Source of the DNA: an uncultured Tessaracoccus sp.
Lineage (GTDB): Bacteria; Actinomycetota; Actinomycetes; Propionibacteriales; Propionibacteriaceae
DNA: 64,000 nt
Direction: 5' to 3'
NCBI RefSeq assembly: GCF_947286155.1
Contig: NZ_CAMYPD010000004.1
Span: 5,478 to 69,477, forward strand
The number at the start of each line of letters is the position of its first letter. Position 1 is the stretch's first letter. Shown here piece by piece: positions 1-9,398 of this stretch. A program made the translations under genes and the position numbers. Below the pieces are notes generated by a model, which was given only the letters and a program-made list of their open reading frames with translations, did no database searches and was not told the origin of the DNA.

Positions 1-1729
1 GGTTGGTGATGATGGGCGTAATGAGGTGCGGAATGCCCTCGTACTGGTTGAGCTCCACACGCTTCGGATCGACGAGGATGAGGCGCACCTCGTCGGGAGT
101 GGCGCGCATCATGATCGACGTGATGAGCGAGTTGATGAAGCTCGATTTACCGGATCCGGTGGCACCGGCCACGAGCAGGTGCGGCATCTTCGCCATGTTT
201 GCGACGACGAATCCGCCGTCGACGTTCTTGCCCAGGCCGACGGTGAGCGGATGGTGGTCGCCTTGCGCCTTGGGCGAGCGGAGCACGTCGCCGAGCGAGA
301 CCACTTCTTTGTCGACGTTGGGGATCTCGATTCCGATGGCGGATTTGCCGGGGATGGGCGTGAGGATGCGCAGCTCGTTGGAGCCGACAGCGTAGGCAAT
401 GTTGTCTTGCAGGCCGGTGATTTTGGAGACCTTCACCGCGGCACCCAGTTCGATCTCGTAGCGGGTGACGGTCGGGCCGCGGGTGTAGCCGGTGACGGTG
501 GCGTCGACTTCGAATTCGTTGAGCACGTCGGTGAGTTGGCGCACGATCCTGTCGCTGGCTTCGGTGCGGGCCTTGGGCTTCGAGCCGGGCGCGAGCAGCG
601 ACTGCTCGGGCAGGTGGTAGACCACGTCACCCGAGAGCATGAGCTGCTCGCCGCGCGGGGGTTCGACGGCGTTCGGCGCCGGCGCGGATTCGACCTGCCC
701 CACTTGCACGCCTGCCATGGGGTCGGGCTGGCGCTTGCCCGCCGTCACGGGCTTCGACGGCGCTTCGTCGGTGTAGGCGGGCTGGATGCGTGTGGCGGGA
801 GGCTCGTCGTCGACGCGCGGGGTGATCTGCGTCTCAGCCTCGAAGTCGTAGACGTCGTCGAATACCTCCGGATCGTCCACTTCGTCTTCCAGCAACGGCG
901 TGTCGTAGGGCTTGTCGACGCCGTATTCCAGCTTGTCGTTCGCTTCTCGCTGGCGGCGCTGTTCATCGCGTTTTGCCTTGCGCTCTTGACGGTGGGCGAT
1001 CTCCTCGTCGGAGCCTTCGACGAGAGTCGCGAACACGGCGCGCACGCCGTCGATGATCTCGACGAGGGGGCGCCCGATGATGATGAGCGCGGCGAACAGA
1101 GTGACGAGTATGAGGATTGGCACCGCCACCCAGGCGGTCATGAGGTCGACGAGCAGCGACGATGAGAGGAAGCCGAGGATGCCGCCGGCATCGCGCAACG
1201 CGTCCATGTTGTCGGGGCGCGGCAGCCCCTTGGAGATGTTGAGCAGGCCCAGCACACCAAAAATGAGCAGTATCCACCCCAAACCAAGCCGGGGTGCGCG
1301 CTCCACGTCGCGCGGGTTGCGCAGTACACTCCAGGAGGCGTAGAGCAGCACCGCAGGCACGGCAATCGCCAGGGAGCCGAATACCGTCGTGAGTCCGATG
1401 GATAGCCAGTGCGAAACTCCTGGCAGCGAGAACCACACGCCCCCCATCGCGACGATGGCAAGGGCAAGCAGGAACAGGCCGAGGCCGTCGCGACGGAGTT
1501 TCGGGTCGATGTCTTTCGCAGAGCCGCCGATGGAGCGGGCGAGCCAACCGAGGCCGCTCGCGAGCGCCCCGAAGGTTTTGCCGATGCCTTTGAGTATCGC
1601 AGTGCCCACACCGGGGCCTTGGCTTGCCTTGGGTGTGGGTGCCTTGGTGCGCGCCGAGGAACGAGTCGAACCCTTCGAGGATCTCGACTTGGAGCCGCTC
1701 CGCGACGAGGAAGAAACGCGGGACGCCAT
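1..1729 (-). CDS. ftsK: DNA translocase FtsK/SpoIIIE, N-terminal ~576 aa; the C-terminal motor half runs off the left edge
   Basis: Minus-strand translation from the ATG at ~1729 gives an N-terminal membrane domain, a linker, and then ...MPHLLVAGATGSGKS (Walker A) near nt ~185. The gene is not in the ORF track because there is no stop inside the window. Confidence 0.88.
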   Translation of the reverse strand, partial: MASRVSSSSRSGSKSRSSKGSTRSSARTKAPTPKASQGPGVGTAILKGIGKTFGALASGLGWLARSIGGSAKDIDPKLRRDGLGLFLLALAIVAMGGVWFSLPGVSHWLSIGLTTVFGSLAIAVPAVLLYASWSVLRNPRDVERAPRLGLGWILLIFGVLGLLNISKGLPRPDNMDALRDAGGILGFLSSSLLVDLMTAWVAVPILILVTLFAALIIIGRPLVEIIDGVRAVFATLVEGSDEEIAHRQERKAKRDEQRRQREANDKLEYGVDKPYDTPLLEDEVDDPEVFDDVYDFEAETQITPRVDDEPPATRIQPAYTDEAPSKPVTAGKRQPDPMAGVQVGQVESAPAPNAVEPPRGEQLMLSGDVVYHLPEQSLLAPGSKPKARTEASDRIVRQLTDVLNEFEVDATVTGYTRGPTVTRYEIELGAAVKVSKITGLQDNIAYAVGSNELRILTPIPGKSAIGIEIPNVDKEVVSLGDVLRSPKAQGDHHPLTVGLGKNVDGGFVVANMAKMPHLLVAGATGSGKSSFINSLITSIMMRATPDEVRLILVDPKRVELNQYEGIPHLITPIITN

Positions 1730-1828
1730 GGGCCCAACTCTAGAGGCAGGTTCGCAGGTGGCTAGGTTCCCACGCCCGGGGCATCCCCTTTTCCCGTCAT
1801 TTGCGCGCCGCCTGCGAGGGCGCCGGCA

Positions 1829-2749
1829 TCAGGCGAAGTGGTTCCAGCCGCTGAATTCCGAGGGCGCTCCGTCGACGGTGATCCCCTCGCCAGGTGTCAC
1901 GCGGCCGATGATCCGCCACTCGTCGGGGACATGGCTGGCGTCGGGGAAGGTTGCCACGAGCGCGTAGTCCTCTCCCCCGCCCAGTACAAAGGTGAGCGGG
2001 TCTTTCCCCGTCGCTGCGCCCACGCGGGTCATGGGGTCGGTAACCTCCAGCGCGTCACTGTCGACGTCGATGGCCACGCCGGAGCTGGTGGCGATGTGGC
2101 CGAGGTCTTGGATGAGCCCGTCGGAGACATCCATCATGGCGGTGGCACCCGCAGCAGAGGCGATGATGCCCTGCCCGTAGGCCACTTCGGGTTGCAGCGC
2201 GAGGCGCACCACGTCCTTGGGCGAGCGGAAGCCGCGCGACAAGGCCGCGTGGCCAGCCGCAGCCCAGCCGAGCTTGCCGAATGTGGCGACGACATCCCCT
2301 GGTTTCGCGCCCGAACGCGTCACGGCTTCGCGCGACCCGAGGTCGCCGATGGCTGTGACGGAGCAGACGATGAGGTCGGAGCGAGAGAGGTCGCCGCCGA
2401 CGAGCGACACGCCAGCGAGCTCGCACTCGGCGCGCACGCCGTCGGCAAAGCCCCCGAGCCAGGCCTCGTCCAGGTCTTGAGGAAACGCCAGCGCGACGAC
2501 GACCGCCACCGGCAGCGCCCCCATGGCCTCGATATCCGAAACGTTGACCGCGACGACTTTCCTGCCCACCTGCTCGGGAGTGCTCCAGGCACGCTTGAAA
2601 TGCACGTTCTCGACAAGGATATCCGTGCTGACGACGGCGTTTCCATCAAAGCGCAGGGCTGCCGCGTCGTCGCCGGGCCCGAGCACGACATGCTCGTTGG
2701 CGGGGAGGTCACGGGTGAGGTTCGCGATGAGCTCAAACTCGTCGTTCAT
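1829..2749 (-). CDS. thiL: thiamine-monophosphate kinase
   Basis: Track ORF 1829..2830. The sequence MNDEFELIANL...VVVALAFPQDL...GGGEDYALVATF is typical of ThiL (AIR synthase-related fold). The internal ATG at ~2749 gives a 4-nt overlap with the ddl stop. Confidence 0.85.
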   Translation of the reverse strand: MNDEFELIANLTRDLPANEHVVLGPGDDAAALRFDGNAVVSTDILVENVHFKRAWSTPEQVGRKVVAVNVSDIEAMGALPVAVVVALAFPQDLDEAWLGGFADGVRAECELAGVSLVGGDLSRSDLIVCSVTAIGDLGSREAVTRSGAKPGDVVATFGKLGWAAAGHAALSRGFRSPKDVVRLALQPEVAYGQGIIASAAGATAMMDVSDGLIQDLGHIATSSGVAIDVDSDALEVTDPMTRVGAATGKDPLTFVLGGGEDYALVATFPDASHVPDEWRIIGRVTPGEGITVDGAPSEFSGWNHFA

Positions 2750-3858
2750 CGAAGGCCCACCTTGCGCTCGGCTGCCACGTCGACGATCCGCCCGACGAGT
2801 TCCGCGTAGCTCATGCCAGTGGACTGCCACAGCGATGGGAACATGGAGATTTGCGTGAATCCTGGCATGGTGTTCGCCTCGTTGATGAGCACCTCGCCGT
2901 CATCGGTGAGGAAGAAGTCGATGCGCGCCAACCCTTCGCAGTCCAGTGCGTTGAAGGCCTGCTTCGCGAGCTCCTGAATCCGGCTCACGAGCGGCTCGTC
3001 GACCTTGGCGGGAATGTCGAGCGCGGCGCCCTTCTCGTCGAAGTATTTCGTTTCGTAGTCGTAGAACCCGCTTTCGTCGAGCACGCGCACCTCGCCCAGC
3101 GGGGATGCCTCGCAGCCGTCGGGAAGGTCGGGGTTGGCGAGGACCGCGCACTCGATCTCGCGCCCGCGCACCCCCTCCTCAACGATGACCTTGGGGTCGA
3201 ACTCGCGGGCGTGTTCGATGGCCTCCACCAGCCCAGTGGGGTCGTCGACCTTGGTGATACCCAACGACGAGCCACCGCGGCACGGCTTCACAAACAGCGG
3301 GTAGCTGAGGGCATTGCATTCGGCGAGCACGGCGTCGCGATGGTGGCGCCAGCGGCGGTCAGTGGCGACGACGTACGGCCCGACGGCGAGCCCCGCAGCC
3401 TCAAATGTCTGCCGCATGAAGTGCTTGTCCATGCCGACCGCGCTCGATGTGACTCCGCAGCCAACGTAGCGGATCCCCATCATTTCGAAGAGTCCCTGAA
3501 TGGTGCCGTCTTCACCGAACGGGCCGTGCAGCAGCGCGAAGGCGACGTCGACGTCGTTCACGTTGATCAGATGTTCACCGCTACGGGTGGCGATCTGGCA
3601 GCCGTCTACGGTGCTCATCCAAACCGCGTCTTCGTCGGGTTCGGCCACCTCGGGGGCAACGCCGTCGATGATGGCGTAGGCGGCCAGCACGTCGAGCGGC
3701 ACCTGCGTCCAGCGTCCCGATTTCGCGATGCCAATGCCGACGACGTCGTACCGCGATCGGTCAATGGCACCGAGCACGCTCGCGGCGGTTAGGCATGAGA
3801 TGGAGTGTTCGGGCGAGACGCCGCCGAACACCAGGGCCACCTTGGTGCGTTCCGACAT
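2746..3858 (-). CDS. ddl: D-alanine--D-alanine ligase
   Basis: Track ORF shows the ATP-grasp Ddl signature (KVALVFGGVSPEHSIS...LHGPFGEDGTIQG...ANTMPGFT). GGAGG lies upstream of the ATG. Confidence 0.9.
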   Translation of the reverse strand: MSERTKVALVFGGVSPEHSISCLTAASVLGAIDRSRYDVVGIGIAKSGRWTQVPLDVLAAYAIIDGVAPEVAEPDEDAVWMSTVDGCQIATRSGEHLINVNDVDVAFALLHGPFGEDGTIQGLFEMMGIRYVGCGVTSSAVGMDKHFMRQTFEAAGLAVGPYVVATDRRWRHHRDAVLAECNALSYPLFVKPCRGGSSLGITKVDDPTGLVEAIEHAREFDPKVIVEEGVRGREIECAVLANPDLPDGCEASPLGEVRVLDESGFYDYETKYFDEKGAALDIPAKVDEPLVSRIQELAKQAFNALDCEGLARIDFFLTDDGEVLINEANTMPGFTQISMFPSLWQSTGMSYAELVGRIVDVAAERKVGLR

Positions 3859-3896
3859 GGTGATGCCTCCTCAACAACTGCGCCCGCCATCCTACA

Positions 3897-4559
3897 GTGG
3901 GCTGCATGGAACCCATCGCGACGATCCGCACCGATTTTCCCGAAAAGTTCGGCGTGCCTCGGCAAGCCGGCTTGGTGCCTGAGCTCGAGGGACGCGTGAT
4001 CTTCCAGCCTGCGTTCCGTTCATCCGACGCGGTGCGCGGGCTGGAGGGGTTCTCGCACATCTGGCTGGTGTGGCTGCTCTCGAAGTCGCCTGCCGAATGG
4101 TCGCCGACGGTGCGTCCACCCAGGCTCGGCGGCAACGAGCGCATGGGCGTGTTCGCAACCCGCGCGCCCGTTCGCCCGAACCCCATCGGGCTGTCCTGCG
4201 TGCGCCTGGTGCGCGTCGATCCTGGCCCGGAGCTCGTCGTCGCGGGCGCTGACCTCGTCGACGCAACCCCCATCCTCGATATCAAGCCGTACGTGCCTGC
4301 TGATGCGCAACCCGACGCCCGCTACGGGTTTCTCTCCAGAAATGCCAGCTACCGGCTCCAAGTACAGATTCCCGACGAGCTCCTCGCCCTGGTGCCCGAA
4401 GCGAAGCGCAAGGCGCTCGTCGGGTTACTGAGCGAAGACCCGCGGCCCGCATACCAGCGCGACGGGCGTGCTTACGGTGTTGCATTCGCGGGCCACAACG
4501 TGCGGTTTCACGTGGAGGACGAGACGCTCGTCGTCGATGCGATCACTCAGCTCGGCTGA
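3897..4559 (+). CDS. trmO: tRNA (adenine37-N6)-methyltransferase TrmO/TsaA (YaeB family)
   Basis: The motifs IATIRTDFPEKFGVPRQ, GFSHIWLVW and PILDIKPYVP are characteristic of TsaA/YaeB. The gene is convergent with plsC and overlaps it by ~17 nt. Confidence 0.75.
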   Translation: MGCMEPIATIRTDFPEKFGVPRQAGLVPELEGRVIFQPAFRSSDAVRGLEGFSHIWLVWLLSKSPAEWSPTVRPPRLGGNERMGVFATRAPVRPNPIGLSCVRLVRVDPGPELVVAGADLVDATPILDIKPYVPADAQPDARYGFLSRNASYRLQVQIPDELLALVPEAKRKALVGLLSEDPRPAYQRDGRAYGVAFAGHNVRFHVEDETLVVDAITQLG

Positions 4560-5282
4560 CGTATTCCTCTTTCCAGCTGTTCCAGATCAACTCAGGCGCG
4601 GGCTCTCCGCGCACGGATGCGTACACGTCCGTGAGCGCCTCGGTGATGCGACGGTTGGCCTCGCGGACGTCGTCGTCGCTCGGTGTGTCGGACAGCAGAT
4701 CAGTGAGCTCGACGGGCTCCCCCACTGCTAGCCGAATAGGCCGCCTGCGCAGTGAGAACAGCTTGCGCAGCCGTAGATACCGCCCACCGAGCACCTCCTG
4801 GCACCCTTCTTGAGCGATGGGAAGCACCGGCACCCCCGTAGTGAGGGCCAGGCGCGCGGCACCATTGCGCGCCACCATGGGCCAGCCTCGCGGGTCGCGC
4901 GTAATGGTGCCTTCGGGAAAGATGGCGACACAGTCGCCCTGCTCCAGTGCCTCGGCGGCGTGCCGCAGGGAGTCCTTGGCCCGCGCCGTGTGTCGTTCGA
5001 CGGGAATCTGCCGGCATTGCACAGCCAGCCATCCGAGCACCGGCACCTTCCAGATGTCTGACTTGCCCAAGAATCTCGGCCAGCGTCCCGCAGCGACGAG
5101 CGCGTCGCCCAACGTGACGGTGTCGAAGTTCGAGGTGTGATTGCTGATGACGAGCACCCCGCCCTGCTTGGGAACACGATGCAGACCTCGCCATTTCCGC
5201 GTCACCAGCAGCGGCAGGAAGCACCGCACAAACCCCACCAGGCTTCTGTACACGATGGGCGCAGATTCGGGCTTCGGCATGG
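4543..5282 (-). CDS. plsC: 1-acyl-sn-glycerol-3-phosphate acyltransferase (lysophospholipid acyltransferase)
   Basis: HxxxxD motif (NHTSNFD) and FPEGT motif. Start refined to MPKPESAPIVY inside the longer track ORF 4543..5460. Confidence 0.72.
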
Positions 5283-5432
5283 GGCCACTGTACTGCCCTG
5301 GCCTCGCTCTACTCGACCGTGCGCGACCCAGGCGGTCCCGCGTCTGGGTCGCACATTTACTGGAGATTTTTTGCACAACCCCTTTGTTTTCAAACGTTTG
5401 TTCGGTATGATTGGTGGTGTTGAAGGAGAACA

Positions 5433-6788
5433 ATGATGTCCGACGCAGCACCTCTCGCATTCGCCGCCATGGTTCACGCGCGCAACGCCGCGCGCGCCGC
5501 TGAAGTTGCAGAAATCGTCGCGCTCCTCGAAGCGTCCGACACCTACGTGCTCGAAGAAGACATGACGCTACCCAAGGCCCTCCGCATCAAACGCCTCTCC
5601 TCCGGGCGCGACGGAGTGCGCGGTCCGTCGGAAGCGTTCGTCCTTGAAGCGAGCGCTGCTACCGGCATGAGCTTTTCCGGCATGCGCGAGCGCGTCTCCC
5701 AGGCACTCAGCATTCGCGCTCGGCATCCGCGCATCTGGCAGTTATTCATCTCCGGCAGTATTCAGTGGTGGATGGCCCTCAAGGTTGAGGAAGCCACCCA
5801 GAAGTTGCCTTGTTCGGCGGCCATGGATGTCGATCGCCGCGCCTCGCACTGGCTGGGGATCAACTCGGTGTGGACGCTGTTCGAGCAGCTGCCCGTGTGG
5901 GTTACCGAAGCCGATGCTGAGGGCGCCCGGCGTCGAGCCCGAATTGCAGCCCAAGAGCGCTTCGTGCACGTTGGGCGCTTCGAAGACGAGCACGTCGGCA
6001 TCTTCGGCAAGGTGGCTGCAGCCGACGGCGTGTTGTTCGATCAGGCTCTCGATCAGATCGCCGCCACGCTCCCCGAGCCCGAAGTTCCCGACGAACTCGA
6101 AGCGCACGAGCGTGCTTCCTTCATCCGTGGCCAGCGCCGTGCCGCCGCCTTCGGCGTCTTCGCGCAGCAGGCCGTCGGTCAAGAGTCGTTGATGAGCGTA
6201 GAGATGGTGGTGCACGTCCCGGCGGAGCACTCCGCCGGGACGTCTGTTCCGGCAGCCGACGGCCAGGCGCCACTCGGGTCGGCGGCCTACGTCGAAGGTT
6301 GGGGTCACTTGCTCACGTCGACGCTGCCGGAGTTCCTCTCCGGCTCCAGTGTCACGGTACGGCCCGTACTGGACCCGAACCTGATTCCAGATGCACCCGG
6401 CAGCACACCGAGCAGCCGTCAGCTCTGCGCCTTGCAGGTTCGCAATCCGCGTTCGGTGTTTCCATTCTCCGCCACGAAGGCGAAGCACTGCGACGTCGAC
6501 CACACCGTCGCCTACTCCCCCAGCCACGACGCGGGTGCCACGAGCATGTCCAACCTCGGCCCCCTCGACAGGCGTGCACACCGCATGAAAACCGCTGGCC
6601 ACTGGCACCTGCAGCAGCCCGAACCCGGTGTCTATCACTGGACGTCGCCACTGGGTTACCAATATCTGGTGACGGGCCGGGGCAGCGTCTGCACCCAGGT
6701 GCCCGACGTGCCCATCGCGCCCATCCCGGAGCTGCCGCCGCAGCCACCCGTCGACGAACCCCCACCCGACTGGGCACGAGCCGCGTAA
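5433..6788 (+). CDS. DUF222 (REP13E12-like) protein with C-terminal HNH endonuclease motif
   Basis: C-terminus reads HCDVDHTVAYSPS...NLGPLDRRAHRMKTAGHW (HNH). The N-terminal region has the typical Ala-rich DUF222 architecture. Upstream are an AT-rich stretch and a strong AAGGAG SD. Confidence 0.68.
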   Translation: MMSDAAPLAFAAMVHARNAARAAEVAEIVALLEASDTYVLEEDMTLPKALRIKRLSSGRDGVRGPSEAFVLEASAATGMSFSGMRERVSQALSIRARHPRIWQLFISGSIQWWMALKVEEATQKLPCSAAMDVDRRASHWLGINSVWTLFEQLPVWVTEADAEGARRRARIAAQERFVHVGRFEDEHVGIFGKVAAADGVLFDQALDQIAATLPEPEVPDELEAHERASFIRGQRRAAAFGVFAQQAVGQESLMSVEMVVHVPAEHSAGTSVPAADGQAPLGSAAYVEGWGHLLTSTLPEFLSGSSVTVRPVLDPNLIPDAPGSTPSSRQLCALQVRNPRSVFPFSATKAKHCDVDHTVAYSPSHDAGATSMSNLGPLDRRAHRMKTAGHWHLQQPEPGVYHWTSPLGYQYLVTGRGSVCTQVPDVPIAPIPELPPQPPVDEPPPDWARAA

Positions 6789-6811
6789 CGCCCACTCACC
6801 ACACCGGTACC

Positions 6812-6870
6812 CCGCACTCCTGCCGGAGTCGCGGGGTACCGGTGCTGCGTTCTTTTTATGGCCCATGCAA
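6812..6870 (+). terminator. rho-independent terminator after the HNH gene
   Basis: ccggtaccccgc...gcggggtaccgg is a perfect GC-rich stem, followed by tgctgcgttcttttta (T-tract). Confidence 0.55.
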
Positions 6871-6948
6871 CAAGCACTCACCCCAGTTGCAGGCGCACCG
6901 ACCGGGAACGTTGTTCAACCACAGGCGGGCGGCTGAATCGTTGGCGGC

Positions 6949-7506
6949 TCAGGCGGCAGCAGAAACGTGCAATACCTCGTAGGCGGTGACATCGGTGGAG
7001 CCCTCGTCCGCTTCATGAGTACTGAGCTCGACGAGGATGGCATCCCAGGTGGTGACATCGACGGCGGCGATTCGGGCCACGGTTAAATCAGTGTTCGTGG
7101 CGAGGAAGTCGGCGGTGGTGCCCTTGATGCAGTCGGACGGCGCGGCACTGGCCGGCAGCGGCACGGTCTTGACGGTGAGGCTGCGGGCGTTGGAATAGTC
7201 GGCCGGGCCAGTGACGAGCTGGTGGACTGTCCAGTCGTGGATCGAGTGGCGACCAAAGTCGCGCACGATGGCCGAGTAGCCGGGTTCTCCCCAGCAGAAC
7301 TGGCGCATCCCGTCGATGTCGCGCCAGATGTAGAAGGGAGCGTAGGAGTTCTGAGGCGCGCCCTTGGCCTTCTCCTGGATGAGGTAGGCCTTAAACTCCA
7401 GTCCGAGGTAGCCGTCCATGAGATGACCCGTCCGAGTGACACGATCGCGGATGATCTGCATGTCATAGTCGGTGGGCAAAGTGACCTGGTATTGCATGGC
7501 GTACAT
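6949..7506 (-). CDS. DUF4865-family protein
   Basis: N-terminus MYAMQYQVTLPTDYDMQIIRDRV resembles DUF4865 proteins, which commonly sit next to TetR regulators. Assignment is from memory of the family, not from a search. Confidence 0.5.
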   Translation of the reverse strand: MYAMQYQVTLPTDYDMQIIRDRVTRTGHLMDGYLGLEFKAYLIQEKAKGAPQNSYAPFYIWRDIDGMRQFCWGEPGYSAIVRDFGRHSIHDWTVHQLVTGPADYSNARSLTVKTVPLPASAAPSDCIKGTTADFLATNTDLTVARIAAVDVTTWDAILVELSTHEADEGSTDVTAYEVLHVSAAA

Positions 7507-7817
7507 CAGTGATTCTCCTTGATTGTTGATTGCGTGGCATTCGGTCGTGGGAGTAACGGGTTCCTTCCGGTCAACAGTCGACAGACCATCGACTGTTCGG
7601 CTATAGAGCCAGACCAGTGCCGCTGGCCGGCATCACTCCAGACGGACTCGCCCTCGGTCAGGTGCCGGAGTGGTTGTCCTTCGACGTGGGCCGGGGCAAC
7701 GCCGTCCGTGACGCAGAGCCGCCGTACCTCGGAGGGTTTGCCGGCGGGTGCGCGCTCAGCGACGAACGTGACAGCGTAGACACTCAGAGTCGACGGTGCC
7801 CTTCGGTACTCCAGGGG

Positions 7818-8384
7818 TCATCCTCGACTCCAAGTGCGCAGGAGAGTCTTTGCACCGTGGACGGCTGCGTCAAACTCAGCGGGATCTTGCTGCGCGCGAG
7901 CCAGGACATAACCGCCTTGCACTGTAGCCACAACCAACGAGGCCAACTGGTGGGCGTCAGTCTCGGGCGGGAACTCACCTGCCTCAACCCCTTCGCTGAC
8001 AACTGCCCCGATCATCTCCACCAACCACGCCAAGGTCTCGGACACCGGCTGAAGCAGCTCAGGTGTAGCGAGCACGTCGGCGTCATACGTCATACGACCC
8101 ATGCGGCAGCCTCGGAGCGAATCACGTTGACGTTCAAGGTAGGCGACGAGACGTTCTGTGGCCGTCCCTTCGCCACGAAGCAGGGCATCCGCGTCCTCCC
8201 GCATGGCTTCCGCACTGGCTTCGAGTGCAGCCACAGCGAGAGCCTGTTTCCCCGAGAAGTGGTGGTACATGCTGCCTTGTCCGGCGTCGGCTCGGCTCAA
8301 GATCTCCTTCGGGCTGGTTGCTGCGTAACCCCGCTCCCACAGCAGCTCCTGGGCTGCATCCACAAGACGTGTCCTCGTGTCCAT
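7818..8384 (-). CDS. TetR/AcrR family transcriptional regulator
   Basis: HTH segment RTRLVDAAQELLWERGYAATSPKEILSRADAGQGSMYHHF. Start refined to MDTRTRL within track ORF 7818..8450 (approximate). Confidence 0.8.
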   Translation of the reverse strand: MDTRTRLVDAAQELLWERGYAATSPKEILSRADAGQGSMYHHFSGKQALAVAALEASAEAMREDADALLRGEGTATERLVAYLERQRDSLRGCRMGRMTYDADVLATPELLQPVSETLAWLVEMIGAVVSEGVEAGEFPPETDAHQLASLVVATVQGGYVLARAQQDPAEFDAAVHGAKTLLRTWSRG

Positions 8385-8468
8385 ACTCCGACTGTACACA
8401 CCAGTAGTTACAAAATGCAACGGAAAATACTCCATCACCCACCCAATCAACGTCTCCGGTCAGTCCAG

Positions 8469-9398
8469 CTAGACCTTGTCAGCTTGGATGATCCCGCAGA
8501 TCTCGTCGGTGGTGATCTGCGCGTACGAGCGCCCATCGGGGCCGTGTTCTCGTCGTCCTAGATATCCTTTCGCGCCGGCGTGTTCCATGGGGCCGATCGT
8601 GCGGTGCTCGAACCGGTCGGAGCGCCGAATGCGCCCGTATGGCGAGAGCGGCGCCGTGACCCAGCGCCCTGGGAATGCGACGTTGCCGATGTAATGGAGC
8701 CGGTCGCCGGTGCCGGTGAGGTGCCACACGTGCTGCATCTTGTCGAGGCCGGGGTCGTCGCCGAAGATGCCTCCTATGGAGATGAGGTTGACGGGGATGT
8801 CGAAGCGGTCGAGGAACCAGCCGGCACCGAGCGCCATCTGCGCCCCGCCGGAGAACCCGATGAGTGTGACGGGCACGCCGCTGCCCCGGACGTAACCTTT
8901 ACGTTGGAGTGAACGCCAGATCTCCTGCGCCAGGCCGATATTGAACGTTGGGCCGTAGCGCGGGTCGGCGGAGACGAGCACCTGCGCCACGTTGCGCAGG
9001 TTGATCAGCATCGGCAACATCAGGGGGAATCGCCCGCGGCGCAGCTTGTCGAGCGTCCCCCACAGCCAGGCCGTAGTGCGTTGCAGCAGGCCCTGGTTGT
9101 TCACGGCGTAGGGGAACACGTCGTCGACGATACGCACGCCGGGCATCCGCCGCGCCAATTCGTCCAGCCACGCTTGCTCTCGACGAGACAGCTCGCCGCC
9201 CAGCGTGCCCACGCCAGATAAGTAGACGAGGTAGTGCTCGGAGGACGTTTCCGACGACGGCTCCAACGCGAGTTGCTCCATCGTGTGCGCTATTTCGCGT
9301 TCGCCGCGATCGGCCCACCAGTTCAGTGACTCCAGTGGGGACAACAGTACGAACAGCACCACGATCAGCACTGCGCCCCAGATCAGTGAGCTCATCAT
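8469..9398 (-). CDS. membrane-anchored alpha/beta-hydrolase-like protein (GFSGG nucleophile elbow), family unknown
   Basis: N-terminal TM helix (LIWGAVLIVVLFVLL), then YLVYLSGVGTLGG and LIGFSGGAQMALGAG (GxSxG). Overlaps the upstream membrane-protein gene by 4 nt. Confidence 0.5.
   Translation of the reverse strand: MMSSLIWGAVLIVVLFVLLSPLESLNWWADRGEREIAHTMEQLALEPSSETSSEHYLVYLSGVGTLGGELSRREQAWLDELARRMPGVRIVDDVFPYAVNNQGLLQRTTAWLWGTLDKLRRGRFPLMLPMLINLRNVAQVLVSADPRYGPTFNIGLAQEIWRSLQRKGYVRGSGVPVTLIGFSGGAQMALGAGWFLDRFDIPVNLISIGGIFGDDPGLDKMQHVWHLTGTGDRLHYIGNVAFPGRWVTAPLSPYGRIRRSDRFEHRTIGPMEHAGAKGYLGRREHGPDGRSYAQITTDEICGIIQADKV

Noticed and set aside
26-1165. 379-aa plus-strand ORF, Arg/Asp/Gly-rich
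   Set aside because: It is antisense to ftsK, whose translation is unambiguous (Walker A, FtsK N-terminal domain). The composition is typical of shadow ORFs in high-GC DNA.
7617-8561. 314-aa plus-strand ORF spanning the TetR region
   Set aside because: Antisense to the TetR gene, with no homology signal.
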